A program made the translations under genes and the position numbers. Below, piece by piece: positions 1 through 8,301 of a stretch of 30,286 bases of DNA (its first letter is position 1; the number at the start of each line of letters is the position of its first letter). The notes beneath the pieces are model-generated. The model did no database searches. It was not told the DNA's origin and saw only the letters and a list, made by a program, of their open reading frames with translations. The stretch is from a virus (lineage: Duplodnaviria; Heunggongvirae; Uroviricota; Caudoviricetes). The stretch is from positions 1-30,286 of IMG/VR virus record IMGVR_UViG_2778261087_000001; one strand, given 5' to 3'.

Positions 1-455
1 TGGCTACACAATAACAAGGGAAGACTCACTCGTGGCTGCAACCCTGCTTACTCAAAATCTATTCACACATGGTTACGCTTTGGGGAAATTATGAGGGGAT
101 CTCTCAGTGCTCAGCAGAATCCCCCACATCCTGAAGGAGGTGTATTCAGACAGGCATCCCACCTGACTTCGAATGATGATTATTCATCACTATAGAGAGC
201 ATTGATTCTAAGTGTCATATGAAAGTTCCAATTGATATATATCAAACAAAATAACCCTGATTAATGAATTATTACGTTTATCATGTTAATTCATCATTAT
301 TACATCATCATTGTAAATAATTAAATTAACTTCCATAACATTAAAATATGTATCCACTGACGCTTTTTTACATAACGAAGAATTGACCATTTTGTCCTGT
401 TGTGCCTTAATGTAAGTACCGTCCACAGCGTGGGACATACTTCAAGGAACCTTTT

Positions 456-647
456 GTGAGTCAGGCAACCAGTATGCGAAAACGACACCGATTTAACAGT
501 CGCATGACCCGTATCGTACTGCTCATCAGCTTTATCTTCTTCTTTGGCCGTTTTATCTACTCGTCCGTCGGTGCCTGGCAGCACCATCAGAGCAAAAAAG
601 AAGCTCAGCAATCCACACTCTCCGTCGAATCACCGGTACAACGTTAG
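456..647 (+). CDS. yfgG: small membrane protein, 63 aa (host)
   Basis: ORF with GTG start preceded by AAGGAA 6 nt upstream; one hydrophobic segment; length and position upstream of yfgH-yfgI match the E. coli yfgG locus as recalled from memory. Confidence 0.5.
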   Translation: MSQATSMRKRHRFNSRMTRIVLLISFIFFFGRFIYSSVGAWQHHQSKKEAQQSTLSVESPVQR

Positions 648-960
648 CGGTTACCTTCTCCACTTTCACAGAACCTAACGGCACTTCGCTGTCGGATGCT
701 TTTGCTCTTTGGAATTATCAAAGCGGCAGATATTCTTTCATCTTAAATTTTACGTCTTTGTCCTGACTGATGTTTATCCTGTTTGGCTGCGAAATAAATA
801 TAAAATTAATATATATGTTGTAATGATATATTTTTATAAATTATTCCCTGCGTGAATTTTAATAAATTTAATCTATCCCTTTATACGCAATACATTTACT
901 TTCCTCTTTTGATGATCTTAAATGTCTTATTTTTCGTAATGTGTATAACAAGGAATAGTG

Positions 961-1476
961 ATGAAATTTAAAAAATGTCTTCTGCCTGTGGCAATGTTAG
1001 CGTCATTCACTCTGGCAGGATGCCAGTCAAATGCTGACGATCATGCCGCCGATGTTTATCAAACCGATCAACTGAATACCAAACAAGAAACTAAAACCGT
1101 TAATATTATTTCCATTCTTCCCGCAAAAGTTGCCGTAGACAACTCCCAAAATAAACGGAACGCACAAGCCTTCGGCGCGCTTATTGGCGCAGTCGCTGGC
1201 GGTGTTATCGGCCACAACGTCGGTTCTGGCAGCAATTCCGGAACGACGGCAGGGGCAGTTGGCGGCGGAGCTGTAGGCGCGGCAGTGGGTTCTATGGTGA
1301 ATGATAAAACCTTAGTGGAAGGTGTTTCTTTAACATATAAGGAAGGCACCAAAGTGTATACCTCTACCCAGGTGGGTAAAGAGTGCCAGTTTACGACAGG
1401 TTTAGCCGTTGTTATTACCACAACGTATAACGAAACGCGTATTCAGCCAAATACTAAATGTCCTGAAAAGAGCTAA
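961..1476 (+). CDS. yfgH: outer-membrane lipoprotein with glycine-zipper region (host)
   Basis: Track ORF 958-1476 starts at GTG; the ATG at 961 has AAGGA 6 nt upstream. Signal peptide ending in lipobox LAGC, Gly/Ala-rich zipper segment; size (172 aa) and position match yfgH. Confidence 0.7.
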   Translation: MKFKKCLLPVAMLASFTLAGCQSNADDHAADVYQTDQLNTKQETKTVNIISILPAKVAVDNSQNKRNAQAFGALIGAVAGGVIGHNVGSGSNSGTTAGAVGGGAVGAAVGSMVNDKTLVEGVSLTYKEGTKVYTSTQVGKECQFTTGLAVVITTTYNETRIQPNTKCPEKS

Positions 1477-1491
1477 TAATCAGGAGGAGTC

Positions 1492-2031
1492 ATGAAGAAA
1501 GTTTTTCTTTGCGCCATCTTGGCCTCCTTAAGCTATCCGGCTATCGCCTCATCATTGCAGGATCAACTCTCTGCTGTAGCAGAAGCTGAACAGCAAGGTA
1601 AAAATGAAGAGCAAAGGCAGCATGACGAATGGGTCGCGGAGCGCAACAGGGAAATCCAGCAAGAGAAGCAACGTCGCGCAAATGCCCAGGCCGCCGCTAA
1701 CAAAAGAGCGGCAACGGCAGCGGCAAATAAGAAAGCTCGTCAGGATAAACTGGACGCCGAAGCCTCTGCGGACAAAAAACGCGATCAAAGTTATGAAGAT
1801 GAGCTACGCAGCTTAGAGATTCAGAAACAAAAACTGGCGCTGGCAAAAGAAGAAGCCCGCGTTAAGCGAGAAAACGAATTTATCGATCAGGAACTGAAGC
1901 ACAAAGCTGCGCAAACCGATGTGGTGCAATCTGAAGCTGACGCCAACAGAAATATGACTGAAGGCGGTCGCGATCTGATGAAAAGCGTGGGCAAAGCAGA
2001 AGAGAACAAATCGGACAGCTGGTTTAATTAA
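1492..2031 (+). CDS. yfgI: secreted coiled-coil protein (host)
   Basis: Strong RBS AGGAGG before ATG 1492; N-terminal signal peptide, charged Ala/Gln/Lys-rich helical body; 179 aa as expected for yfgI downstream of yfgH. Confidence 0.7.
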   Translation: MKKVFLCAILASLSYPAIASSLQDQLSAVAEAEQQGKNEEQRQHDEWVAERNREIQQEKQRRANAQAAANKRAATAAANKKARQDKLDAEASADKKRDQSYEDELRSLEIQKQKLALAKEEARVKRENEFIDQELKHKAAQTDVVQSEADANRNMTEGGRDLMKSVGKAEENKSDSWFN

Positions 2032-2070
2032 TCGATGTTAGTAACTTCAAGCCTATGATTCTTGAAGATA

Positions 2071-2102
2071 AAAAACCCTCTGTAGTAACAGAGGGTTTTG
2101 TT
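2071..2102. terminator. bidirectional rho-independent terminator
   Basis: A-run, stem CCCTCTG (2076-2082) / CAGAGGG (2089-2095), loop TAGTAA, then TTTTGTT; sits between convergent yfgI and the guaA remnant. Confidence 0.6.
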
Positions 2103-2125
2103 CATTCATAGTGCAGGGATTAAAA

Positions 2126-2146
2126 TCATTCCCACTCAATTATTTA
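2126..2146 (-). other. guaA 3'-end remnant / candidate att core at prophage boundary
   Basis: Minus strand reads ATT GAG TGG GAA TGA (IEWE-stop), the conserved GMP synthase C-terminus, preceded by an in-frame TAA two codons upstream, so only the last few codons are present. Confidence 0.4.
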
Positions 2147-2227
2147 CGACACGCATAACCAATTGACTGATAACAACTTTCTGCAACATGATTTTCACCG
2201 TACCGTTTTATATACCGTCACCGAAAA

Positions 2228-2725
2228 TCAGTACCACGATTTTTGCTTCTTCAGTGAATCGTATTGCTGTTCGCAGGATTCTCCTGCAATCCGATACTTT
2301 TCAGCCTCAGCTGCTGTTGCGTTGTAAACTCGATTGCTTTCTTCAAGCATGTCGGCGAGCACACCGATGACCTTGCTGGCTGGCGTGCCAGTGGGGAAAG
2401 ATCCGGTATAGTGTTCGGCGAGTCGCTTGGTTTTGTCAAGCTCGGCGCGCAGGCTGTCAGCAGCGGCATTAGCATGCTCAGCATCAACACGCGCCACATC
2501 GATACGGGATTGTGCTTCACGTTCAATTTGTGTTTTCTCCTGATCACGTTGTGACCTAGCCTTATCATTAGCCTGTTTCTGATCTTCCTGTGCCTGCGCA
2601 TACCCGGCGTCGTACTGACGACTGCCGTGTGCATTCCAGGCTACAACTCCTGATATGACCAGAACAGCAAGCATCGCCATGATAACCAACTGTTTCCAGT
2701 ATGCTTTTACGAATGCCCAGATCAT
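2228..2725 (-). CDS. i-spanin (Rz-like lysis protein)
   Basis: N-terminal transmembrane helix then charged coiled-coil region; ATGA overlap with endolysin stop; last gene of the lysis cassette. Confidence 0.6.
   Translation of the reverse strand: MIWAFVKAYWKQLVIMAMLAVLVISGVVAWNAHGSRQYDAGYAQAQEDQKQANDKARSQRDQEKTQIEREAQSRIDVARVDAEHANAAADSLRAELDKTKRLAEHYTGSFPTGTPASKVIGVLADMLEESNRVYNATAAEAEKYRIAGESCEQQYDSLKKQKSWY
2251..2499 (-). CDS. o-spanin (Rz1-like lipoprotein) embedded in Rz in another frame
   Basis: Alternative frame inside Rz encodes [17 protein letters not shown] (lipobox LTAC) followed by a Pro/Ser-rich mature region; start codon ambiguous (ATG at 2499, 2484 or 2475), no clear RBS. Confidence 0.5.
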   Translation of the reverse strand: MWRVLMLSMLMPLLTACAPSLTKPSDSPNTIPDLSPLARQPARSSVCSPTCLKKAIEFTTQQQLRLKSIGLQENPANSNTIH

Positions 2726-3351
2726 ACCGCCAGCGCCTTACTGGCAGTGATGTACCGAGCGCGCCGGTCGTCGATGCCGTTCCTGCCACCATTGATAATC
2801 AGAGTTACACGTGCAATATCGCCGGTATACTTCATGCAACCTTTGCTGGAGAAGAACCACGCCGCGCTACGAGCCGCGTATTCGTCCTGCGCCAACAGTT
2901 CAGGATTCTCCAGCAGGTCCACTTTCAGGCCGTTTCCGCAATCACGATAGTTATTCAAACCGGTAATCTGGATAAGTCCGCGGCCACGGTAATTCCAGCC
3001 ATCACCAGAGGCATTGTTCCCCATGCGTTTGCTGTACACCAGATTGGCGATCGCTCTCTGGCGCTCGAGTGGCAATGGTGGTTCACCAGCACGGCGACCA
3101 AGTGCATTAGCCTGTCCCTGAGTGAGACGCCCAGCCCGAACGAAGTTAGCCAGTCCGGTGACGCTGTAGTTGAAATTTTCCTGCAACCGGGTGAATCCAC
3201 CAGACTCATGCCCGACCTGAGCAATAAACATTGCCTGATCTTCAGCTTTGCTGATACCAAACTCTTTCATCGCAGAAGTTATATGCGAGAACCAGCGTGC
3301 GGCCAGCGCCTCGCTAATACCAGCAGCTCGCTGGAATTGTTTAATCTCCAT
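2722..3351 (-). CDS. endolysin, glycoside hydrolase family 19 (chitinase-like) type
   Basis: 209 aa with [12 protein letters not shown]...GRGLIQITG motifs typical of GH19 phage endolysins; sits between holin-like genes and Rz. Confidence 0.8.
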   Translation of the reverse strand: MEIKQFQRAAGISEALAARWFSHITSAMKEFGISKAEDQAMFIAQVGHESGGFTRLQENFNYSVTGLANFVRAGRLTQGQANALGRRAGEPPLPLERQRAIANLVYSKRMGNNASGDGWNYRGRGLIQITGLNNYRDCGNGLKVDLLENPELLAQDEYAARSAAWFFSSKGCMKYTGDIARVTLIINGGRNGIDDRRARYITASKALAV

Positions 3352-3649
3352 GTTTAGACCTCGTTATTTTAAAAATCTGCACGACGTTACCGCGCGTTTT
3401 AATAACCGCAGCTAGCATGACAGCGTTGATAATGACCTCAGATAAATCCACAGCCATTGGCGTACGTAACCAGATTGCATAGGCGACACGAACAGGAATA
3501 CTGGCCGCAGCAACAATCAGGAAATAAGCAAGCCATCCTCCCCACCTTCGGTGTTGAGAGCCGTTACGCCGGAATGTGACAACGCGAATTGCTATGCCAG
3601 TGCAAATAACTGCATTGGTGATAAGCAAAAAAAACTCATGCGTTACCAT
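3341..3649 (-). CDS. holin-like / lysis-associated membrane protein
   Basis: 102 aa, about three predicted transmembrane segments, overlaps the endolysin start by 11 nt; GGAG 8 nt upstream of ATG. Confidence 0.5.
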   Translation of the reverse strand: MVTHEFFLLITNAVICTGIAIRVVTFRRNGSQHRRWGGWLAYFLIVAAASIPVRVAYAIWLRTPMAVDLSEVIINAVMLAAVIKTRGNVVQIFKITRSKHGD

Positions 3650-4040
3650 CGTCTTTTCTCCCCGGAATTAACTCGCGTGGATTATCGGAACGGTGATAAA
3701 GCCATATACCAATTCGCACAGCGACAATTGACGACACAAATGCGCCAGCAGAGAAGACGATCCCTTTCTCGAAAGAGTCCTGCGTGATGGTAGGGATCAG
3801 GCTGGCTACACCGATAAGGATGGATGCTGTAGGTTTGTAAAAGAGAAGGCCGCAGAGGAAGCTGAGCATAGACAGGAGAACCCGGCGATGAATGGGATAC
3901 TCGATGGCTGAGGTAACAAAAATTACCGCCCCAGCCAAAGCTCCCAAAGCCACCTCTGGAGGAACCCCTGCTATCACCGCAGCAAGAGAACTCGCACTAA
4001 GCCACTGATTTAAAGACTCACTGGTTAGCTGAACTGACAT
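3636..4040 (-). CDS. holin-like membrane protein
   Basis: Multi-pass hydrophobic protein with charged C-terminus; track ORF begins at GTG 4049, but ATG at 4040 has GGTG 6 nt upstream and is preferred. Confidence 0.5.
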   Translation of the reverse strand: MSVQLTSESLNQWLSASSLAAVIAGVPPEVALGALAGAVIFVTSAIEYPIHRRVLLSMLSFLCGLLFYKPTASILIGVASLIPTITQDSFEKGIVFSAGAFVSSIVAVRIGIWLYHRSDNPRELIPGRKDDGNA

Positions 4041-4104
4041 AAAAAACACCGTTTAATGTGCATAAAGAATCCCCTTAGTTGGTTAGTTCATCATACACAA
4101 TAAA

Positions 4105-4160
4105 CCATATGTGGATTAAACTTGATCTGATAATTCTTAACGAAATTACCTTAAAGGTGA
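4105..4160 (+). promoter_or_regulatory. bipartite intergenic motif, copy A (CCATATGTGGAT ... ATTACCTTAAAGGTGA)
   Basis: CCATATGTGG at 4105-4114 and ATTACCTTAAAGGTGA at 4145-4160; same two elements recur at 6084-6150 and 24999-25077. Confidence 0.45.
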
Positions 4161-4261
4161 TATCATAAATATCCTTGTGTCATTTAAAATTAGAGTTAGG
4201 GCATGATAGCCAACATACAATATTTGCGTTTTCTCGCTGCATTCCTTGGTGATGACTTATC

Positions 4262-6031
4262 TTAAACAACAATTTTAAGGAAGTTTGAAGCATCCTTATA
4301 AATGGTGCCCGCGGGGGCGCCGTTTATCTCCTCAAGCGTTTTTACGTTCTTCAAAACCACCTTGCCATCTTCCAGAAATTCAATGCATGGTGCGTCGTTG
4401 TTCATTTTTATTTTCAACGAACCAACAGCACTATCTCCGTTTCCGCTTATCCATTCAAGTGACGCAATAGGAAGTGCATTGCCGTTGTGATCTGTCCCTT
4501 GTAGCAAGATCCTTCCAGTTCCTACCCCTGGTATTCTGATAGCTGCGCGACCCCCATCCTCTAAAACTACTTCCAAAATTTCTTTAGGATATTTTGTGTG
4601 CAGCCCTACACGCGACGTGCTCGACAGCCCACCACCACCAGGGACGACGGCAATACCTGGAATAAGCGATTCTGCAAAAAGCATCACTGAGTCTTTATGT
4701 GGATTGACTGCTGGGTTACCGTCATTAATGCCGCCCCCGATCGCAATCGAACCACCATAAGCCTGAATATTCTTACCTACAGCAAAAGAGCCATCTCCTG
4801 CCGCGCGAGTTTGATATCCAATGGCCGCCGCACCAATGCCATCACTTGCAACCCCGCCGGGGTCTGTAGTGTATCCCGGTCTGGCTTGCGTAAAATAACC
4901 TGTTGTAAAAGCCGCCCTTGAAAGCGCTTCCGTTTCTTCACAGAATGCGGCAGATTTTGCGCCAAGAGCAATGACATTTTTCCCAAATGCAAAAGAGCAG
5001 TACCCCTCAGCATTTGGTGAGGTAATATGATCTGGGTCCCCAGTGGCAGAACCAGCACCACCGGCAATAGATGCCACGCCGTACGTAACGCAGTCATGCC
5101 CGAAAGTTGTGGTGTATACCGCGAATGACGCACCGTTTCTGTTAAAAGATGCTGAGTAATCACCGATAAGAGCCGGGTTACACCATGAATTTCTCGGTGT
5201 AGGCAAGCCTCTCCAGAAGTTCTTTTCATCGTCAAGTGGTAGGAGATCGGCACCACCAATTCTCAGCCAACCTTTATCCTTATCAAAAGAAAAAGTGACG
5301 CCATCGGTTAAAGTAGATCCAACCGGTATACCGTAATTAACTTTTGTGCCAATCCTCTTAAGCCCGTCAGGTTGCGCCAGCAATAACAGAACATCTGCTG
5401 CACTACCGCTCTCAGGCAAGACCATAATGGACTCACCTGCATAATCATATGCATGGATCATATTTGCACGTTCTGCAGCAGGAGGGAGTTGCCGCGTAAA
5501 TGACTCTGGAACCCTTAACGTGTGCAGATAGTTGTTGTTACTAATCGTGTCTACATAATTTTTAGTGGCAGCATCCTGCGGGTCTCGTGGGTCGCGCAGG
5601 TTGCGAATGTAATTCCCCAGCGCGTCGTACCAGTTAGCGATGGTTGATGGCTTGCGCAGCGCCAAGGCAAACCAACTGCGAACCTGCTGGATCAGCATCG
5701 TCAGTTTATCGAATGCGTCTTCATGCACCTCAGCGAAGAACTTACCCTGGTTGCGCAGATCGGTATCCTGCGTAACCGGTAGCTCTCTTGATATAGAAAT
5801 CTGATAACCGTTAGCCAACGCCTTCGACAGAATTACATTGCCGCCGTTATACCCTCCCGCACCAGTGACTATGTAATCAGTATCAAGAATCAGCTCTGTG
5901 ATGTTCTCGTTCAGGTCAACAACCTGCACTACTAAATCAGATTTCTGGAAAATCCTGAAGGTATAAGGGAATGCCGTTGTAACACCGTTACCTGTGTATT
6001 CGTTGTGGTCAACTTCGGTTGAGACCGTCAT
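4262..6031 (-). CDS. tail fiber / tailspike protein with T7 gp17-like N-terminal adaptor domain
   Basis: 589 aa; N-terminus (YTGNGVTTAFPYTF...DLVVQVVDL...ITELILDTDY) resembles the conserved podovirus tail-fiber N-terminal domain; Gly/Ala-rich C-terminal part with lower GC at the 3' end; GGAG RBS. Confidence 0.7.
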   Translation of the reverse strand: MTVSTEVDHNEYTGNGVTTAFPYTFRIFQKSDLVVQVVDLNENITELILDTDYIVTGAGGYNGGNVILSKALANGYQISISRELPVTQDTDLRNQGKFFAEVHEDAFDKLTMLIQQVRSWFALALRKPSTIANWYDALGNYIRNLRDPRDPQDAATKNYVDTISNNNYLHTLRVPESFTRQLPPAAERANMIHAYDYAGESIMVLPESGSAADVLLLLAQPDGLKRIGTKVNYGIPVGSTLTDGVTFSFDKDKGWLRIGGADLLPLDDEKNFWRGLPTPRNSWCNPALIGDYSASFNRNGASFAVYTTTFGHDCVTYGVASIAGGAGSATGDPDHITSPNAEGYCSFAFGKNVIALGAKSAAFCEETEALSRAAFTTGYFTQARPGYTTDPGGVASDGIGAAAIGYQTRAAGDGSFAVGKNIQAYGGSIAIGGGINDGNPAVNPHKDSVMLFAESLIPGIAVVPGGGGLSSTSRVGLHTKYPKEILEVVLEDGGRAAIRIPGVGTGRILLQGTDHNGNALPIASLEWISGNGDSAVGSLKIKMNNDAPCIEFLEDGKVVLKNVKTLEEINGAPAGTIYKDASNFLKIVV

Positions 6032-6083
6032 GTTAAATCTCCAGATAGTCGCAGCACCCGTTGCGCCGCATATCCGGTTATTC

Positions 6084-6150
6084 TATTACCTTAAAAACCA
6101 CATATGGATAGATAACCCATAAATACGAACAGATATTACCTTTCAGGTGA
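6084..6150 (+). promoter_or_regulatory. bipartite intergenic motif, copy B (TATTACC-N7-CCACATATGGAT ... TATTACCTTTCAGGTGA)
   Basis: TATTACC at 6084-6090, CCACATATGG at 6098-6107, TATTACCTTTCAGGTGA at 6134-6150; about 75 bp upstream of the plus-strand ORF at 6227. Confidence 0.5.
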
Positions 6151-6226
6151 TTCGCAAAACGTGCTGGATAGCAAACAAATTATTTGATACTGTATATTTA
6201 TACAGTTATTGCATGGAGAAGATAAG

Positions 6227-6484
6227 ATGCAGCAGTATCACTATCCACTGGAAGACGGATTTACCGAAAGGATTCACACGCCGGGAGGCGTCAGGTCACT
6301 GGTGGAGGGATCGCACTTGATGAAATTACTACGGGATCTCGATAAGGATGGATTTAATGTCGATGGCCCACTTGCCGAACTGACTGCACTGATTAACTAC
6401 GTCACCAGCTCACAGATGTCTATGCAGGATCTGCAAACACATCTCGACTATTGTGCCGAACAATTACGAAAACAAACCAGATAA
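6227..6484 (+). CDS. hypothetical small protein, paralog of the Bro-N protein C-terminal domain
   Basis: Track ORF starts at TTG 6209; ATG 6227 has GGAG 8 nt upstream. Shares the pattern H-x-P-G-GV...L-E-S-LM-LL...DG-V-G-AELT...QTH with residues about 160-228 of the downstream Bro-N protein. Confidence 0.5.
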   Translation: MQQYHYPLEDGFTERIHTPGGVRSLVEGSHLMKLLRDLDKDGFNVDGPLAELTALINYVTSSQMSMQDLQTHLDYCAEQLRKQTR

Positions 6485-6796
6485 GGTTTGCAATTACCAA
6501 CTGGAGTGCTTATATTTACCTTTGCGGTAAATTTACATCGCACTCCTCTTGTGCCATAGTAATCGGGCACTGGCAAAATCCAGTGCCGGGATTGGCGTCC
6601 CGGGTTACTACAGAGGCACATATGCCGCATAAGCGGTTTTTTTATGTGTAAAGCGCACCTATTCTATGGTGGGCTGTGTGGGGGCACCGAAAGGTGCGCC
6701 GGGTCCTTTGTAGCCGGTTACGCCAACCCTGTACAGTTCACCACCAACCGATTGGCGTCGGTAGTGGTGATTAACCTAACTACAAAGGTGATCACT

Positions 6797-7483
6797 ATGA
6801 CTGCTAACGTAACCCCATCTGTTTTTCATTTTGAATCAGAAGCAACCATTCGAGCCATTGTTATTGATGGAAATCCTTGGTTTGTTGCCAAAGACGTTAT
6901 TAAAGCTCTTCAACTGACAAACCCCACTATGTCAATAAAATCTCTTGATGATGATGAAAGGGCTAAATTTAACTTAGGCCGTCAAGGCGAAACCAATATT
7001 ATCAACGAGTCAGGCCTCTACACACTGATCCTCCGCTGCCGCGACGCAGTGACACCAGGCACTATCCCCTACCGCTTTCGTAAATGGGTTACAGGTGAGG
7101 TTCTTCCTCAGATCCGCCGCACCGGAAGTTACATTAAAAACTCGCTCCCGCAGGAAGAACGCATAAAGATGGTTGCCGACCAGGTAGCCAGCGCCACAGC
7201 ATCAGCAGTGATGCAGGCAATGAAGGTAGAGAACAAAACCTACAGCGCCCCACTGAAGCCCGGCTACCGCAGCCTGATTCATTCGCCGTCTGGTGTTCTT
7301 GGACTGACGGAGAACTCACTGCTGATGAATCTGCTGAACCAGTTACAGGACGACGGGCATGACGTATCGGGCGCGGCGGCGGAGCTGACCACCATGTTCT
7401 GCTACATCGTCGGTGTGAGCAAATGCCTGCGTGATATCCAGACGCACGCGGAGTACATCAGCGACAAAGCAGGATTCTTCTGA
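6797..7483 (+). CDS. Bro-N domain protein (antirepressor-like)
   Basis: From ATG 6797 (AAGGTG 6 nt upstream): VFHFE...IRAIVIDGNPWFVAKDVIKAL...SLDDDERAKF is a typical Bro-N signature; the track extension upstream to 6644 has no RBS and is rejected. Confidence 0.7.
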   Translation: MTANVTPSVFHFESEATIRAIVIDGNPWFVAKDVIKALQLTNPTMSIKSLDDDERAKFNLGRQGETNIINESGLYTLILRCRDAVTPGTIPYRFRKWVTGEVLPQIRRTGSYIKNSLPQEERIKMVADQVASATASAVMQAMKVENKTYSAPLKPGYRSLIHSPSGVLGLTENSLLMNLLNQLQDDGHDVSGAAAELTTMFCYIVGVSKCLRDIQTHAEYISDKAGFF

Positions 7484-7491
7484 CGGGCGGC

Positions 7492-7510
7492 GGCACAGGG
7501 ATGTGCCTTT
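7492..7510 (+). terminator. terminator-like hairpin after the Bro-N gene
   Basis: GGCACA-GGGA-TGTGCC followed by TTTAAAA; short T tract, so weak. Confidence 0.35.
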
Positions 7511-7547
7511 AAAATAATCATTGGCGATGTGATGTAGATTCGCGTAA

Positions 7548-7564
7548 TATTACCTTAAAGGTAA
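7548..7564 (+). promoter_or_regulatory. TATTACCTTAAAGGTAA motif, copy D, abutting the RBS
   Basis: Near-perfect palindrome TTACCTTAAAGGTAA immediately 5' of AAGGAGG (7564-7570) and ATG 7577. Confidence 0.45.
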
Positions 7565-7576
7565 AGGAGGCGCGAT

Positions 7577-7744
7577 ATGACAGCGTTGAAAAATCGTACT
7601 CAGCACAATGAACAAGCCAAGCAATGCTGGGATGTCATTGGAAAAGTTATGCTTGGTCGCGCAAGCAAAGAGCGCGACAAGGATATGGTTTACCAGACAG
7701 GAACATCTTTTAGCGACTTCAAGGCGGCATTTCGCTCCAAATAG
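7577..7744 (+). CDS. hypothetical small basic protein (55 aa)
   Basis: Below the 60-aa track cutoff; ATG with consensus RBS AAGGAGG 6 nt upstream; stop 20 nt before the next gene start, suggesting a two-gene operon. Confidence 0.5.
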   Translation: MTALKNRTQHNEQAKQCWDVIGKVMLGRASKERDKDMVYQTGTSFSDFKAAFRSK

Positions 7745-7764
7745 AAGCACATCAGGAGTTTTCC

Positions 7765-8208
7765 TTGAAGTTTAACATTAGAATATCTAATAGTTTTCTA
7801 CATGGGGAAAGCAACACCCCTTTCGCTGTAGACGGACCTTTCCTTACTGATGATGAAATAAAAATCATACAAAGGTTTTTAGAGGATGTTGCCAATGGAA
7901 GGGCGCTTGTTGGAAAAAACAAGCCCTCGTGGGTTGATGATAACCATGATAAAATTCCCGGCTCAGACAATTATGAGCAAGAGAATTATTGGCATTATCA
8001 TTGTGGGCCAACATGGTATCCAAACACATTTAAGAATTATACCATTAACTTAAATTTCAACCCTGGCGGAATGCATTCTAATGAATGCATTCATTATGCA
8101 AAAAATGATAATGAAATTGTCATTGTTGGATTTTCAAGAGAACACATACCTTTCCTTTCATCAGATGGAAACAACAATCCGCTTTTTAATGATGAAGAAG
8201 AAGAATAA
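7765..8208 (+). CDS. hypothetical protein, AT-rich moron (147 aa, acidic C-terminus)
   Basis: TTG start with AGGAG 6 nt upstream; markedly AT-rich codon usage with rare AGA/AGG/ATA codons, unlike flanking GC-rich phage genes; followed by a strong terminator. Confidence 0.5.
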   Translation: MKFNIRISNSFLHGESNTPFAVDGPFLTDDEIKIIQRFLEDVANGRALVGKNKPSWVDDNHDKIPGSDNYEQENYWHYHCGPTWYPNTFKNYTINLNFNPGGMHSNECIHYAKNDNEIVIVGFSREHIPFLSSDGNNNPLFNDEEEE

Positions 8209-8229
8209 GCCCGCGCTGCGGGCTTTTTT
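8209..8229 (+). terminator. rho-independent terminator
   Basis: GCCCGC-GCT-GCGGGC hairpin followed by TTTTTT directly after the 147-aa ORF stop. Confidence 0.65.
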
Positions 8230-8301
8230 GTGGACGAAACAAAAGTCAGTGCTACACTCATTGACGCCACATTGAGGTGGCTTATAGATGGAAATTTCAC
8301 A

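Noticed and set aside
1-455. Upstream host gene (yfgF/pdeF start) at the left window edge
   Set aside because: No in-frame start with the expected N-terminus found; treated as intergenic/promoter DNA
321-611. 96-aa minus-strand ORF overlapping yfgG
   Set aside because: Antisense to the better-supported yfgG ORF, no RBS, AT-rich low-complexity translation
2701-3357. 218-aa plus-strand ORF antisense to the endolysin
   Set aside because: Fully overlaps the GH19 endolysin, which has recognisable catalytic motifs
6644-6796. N-terminal extension of the Bro-N ORF to 6644
   Set aside because: No RBS, runs through a structured region and a T-rich terminator-like stretch; the ATG at 6797 has a good RBS and begins the conserved domain
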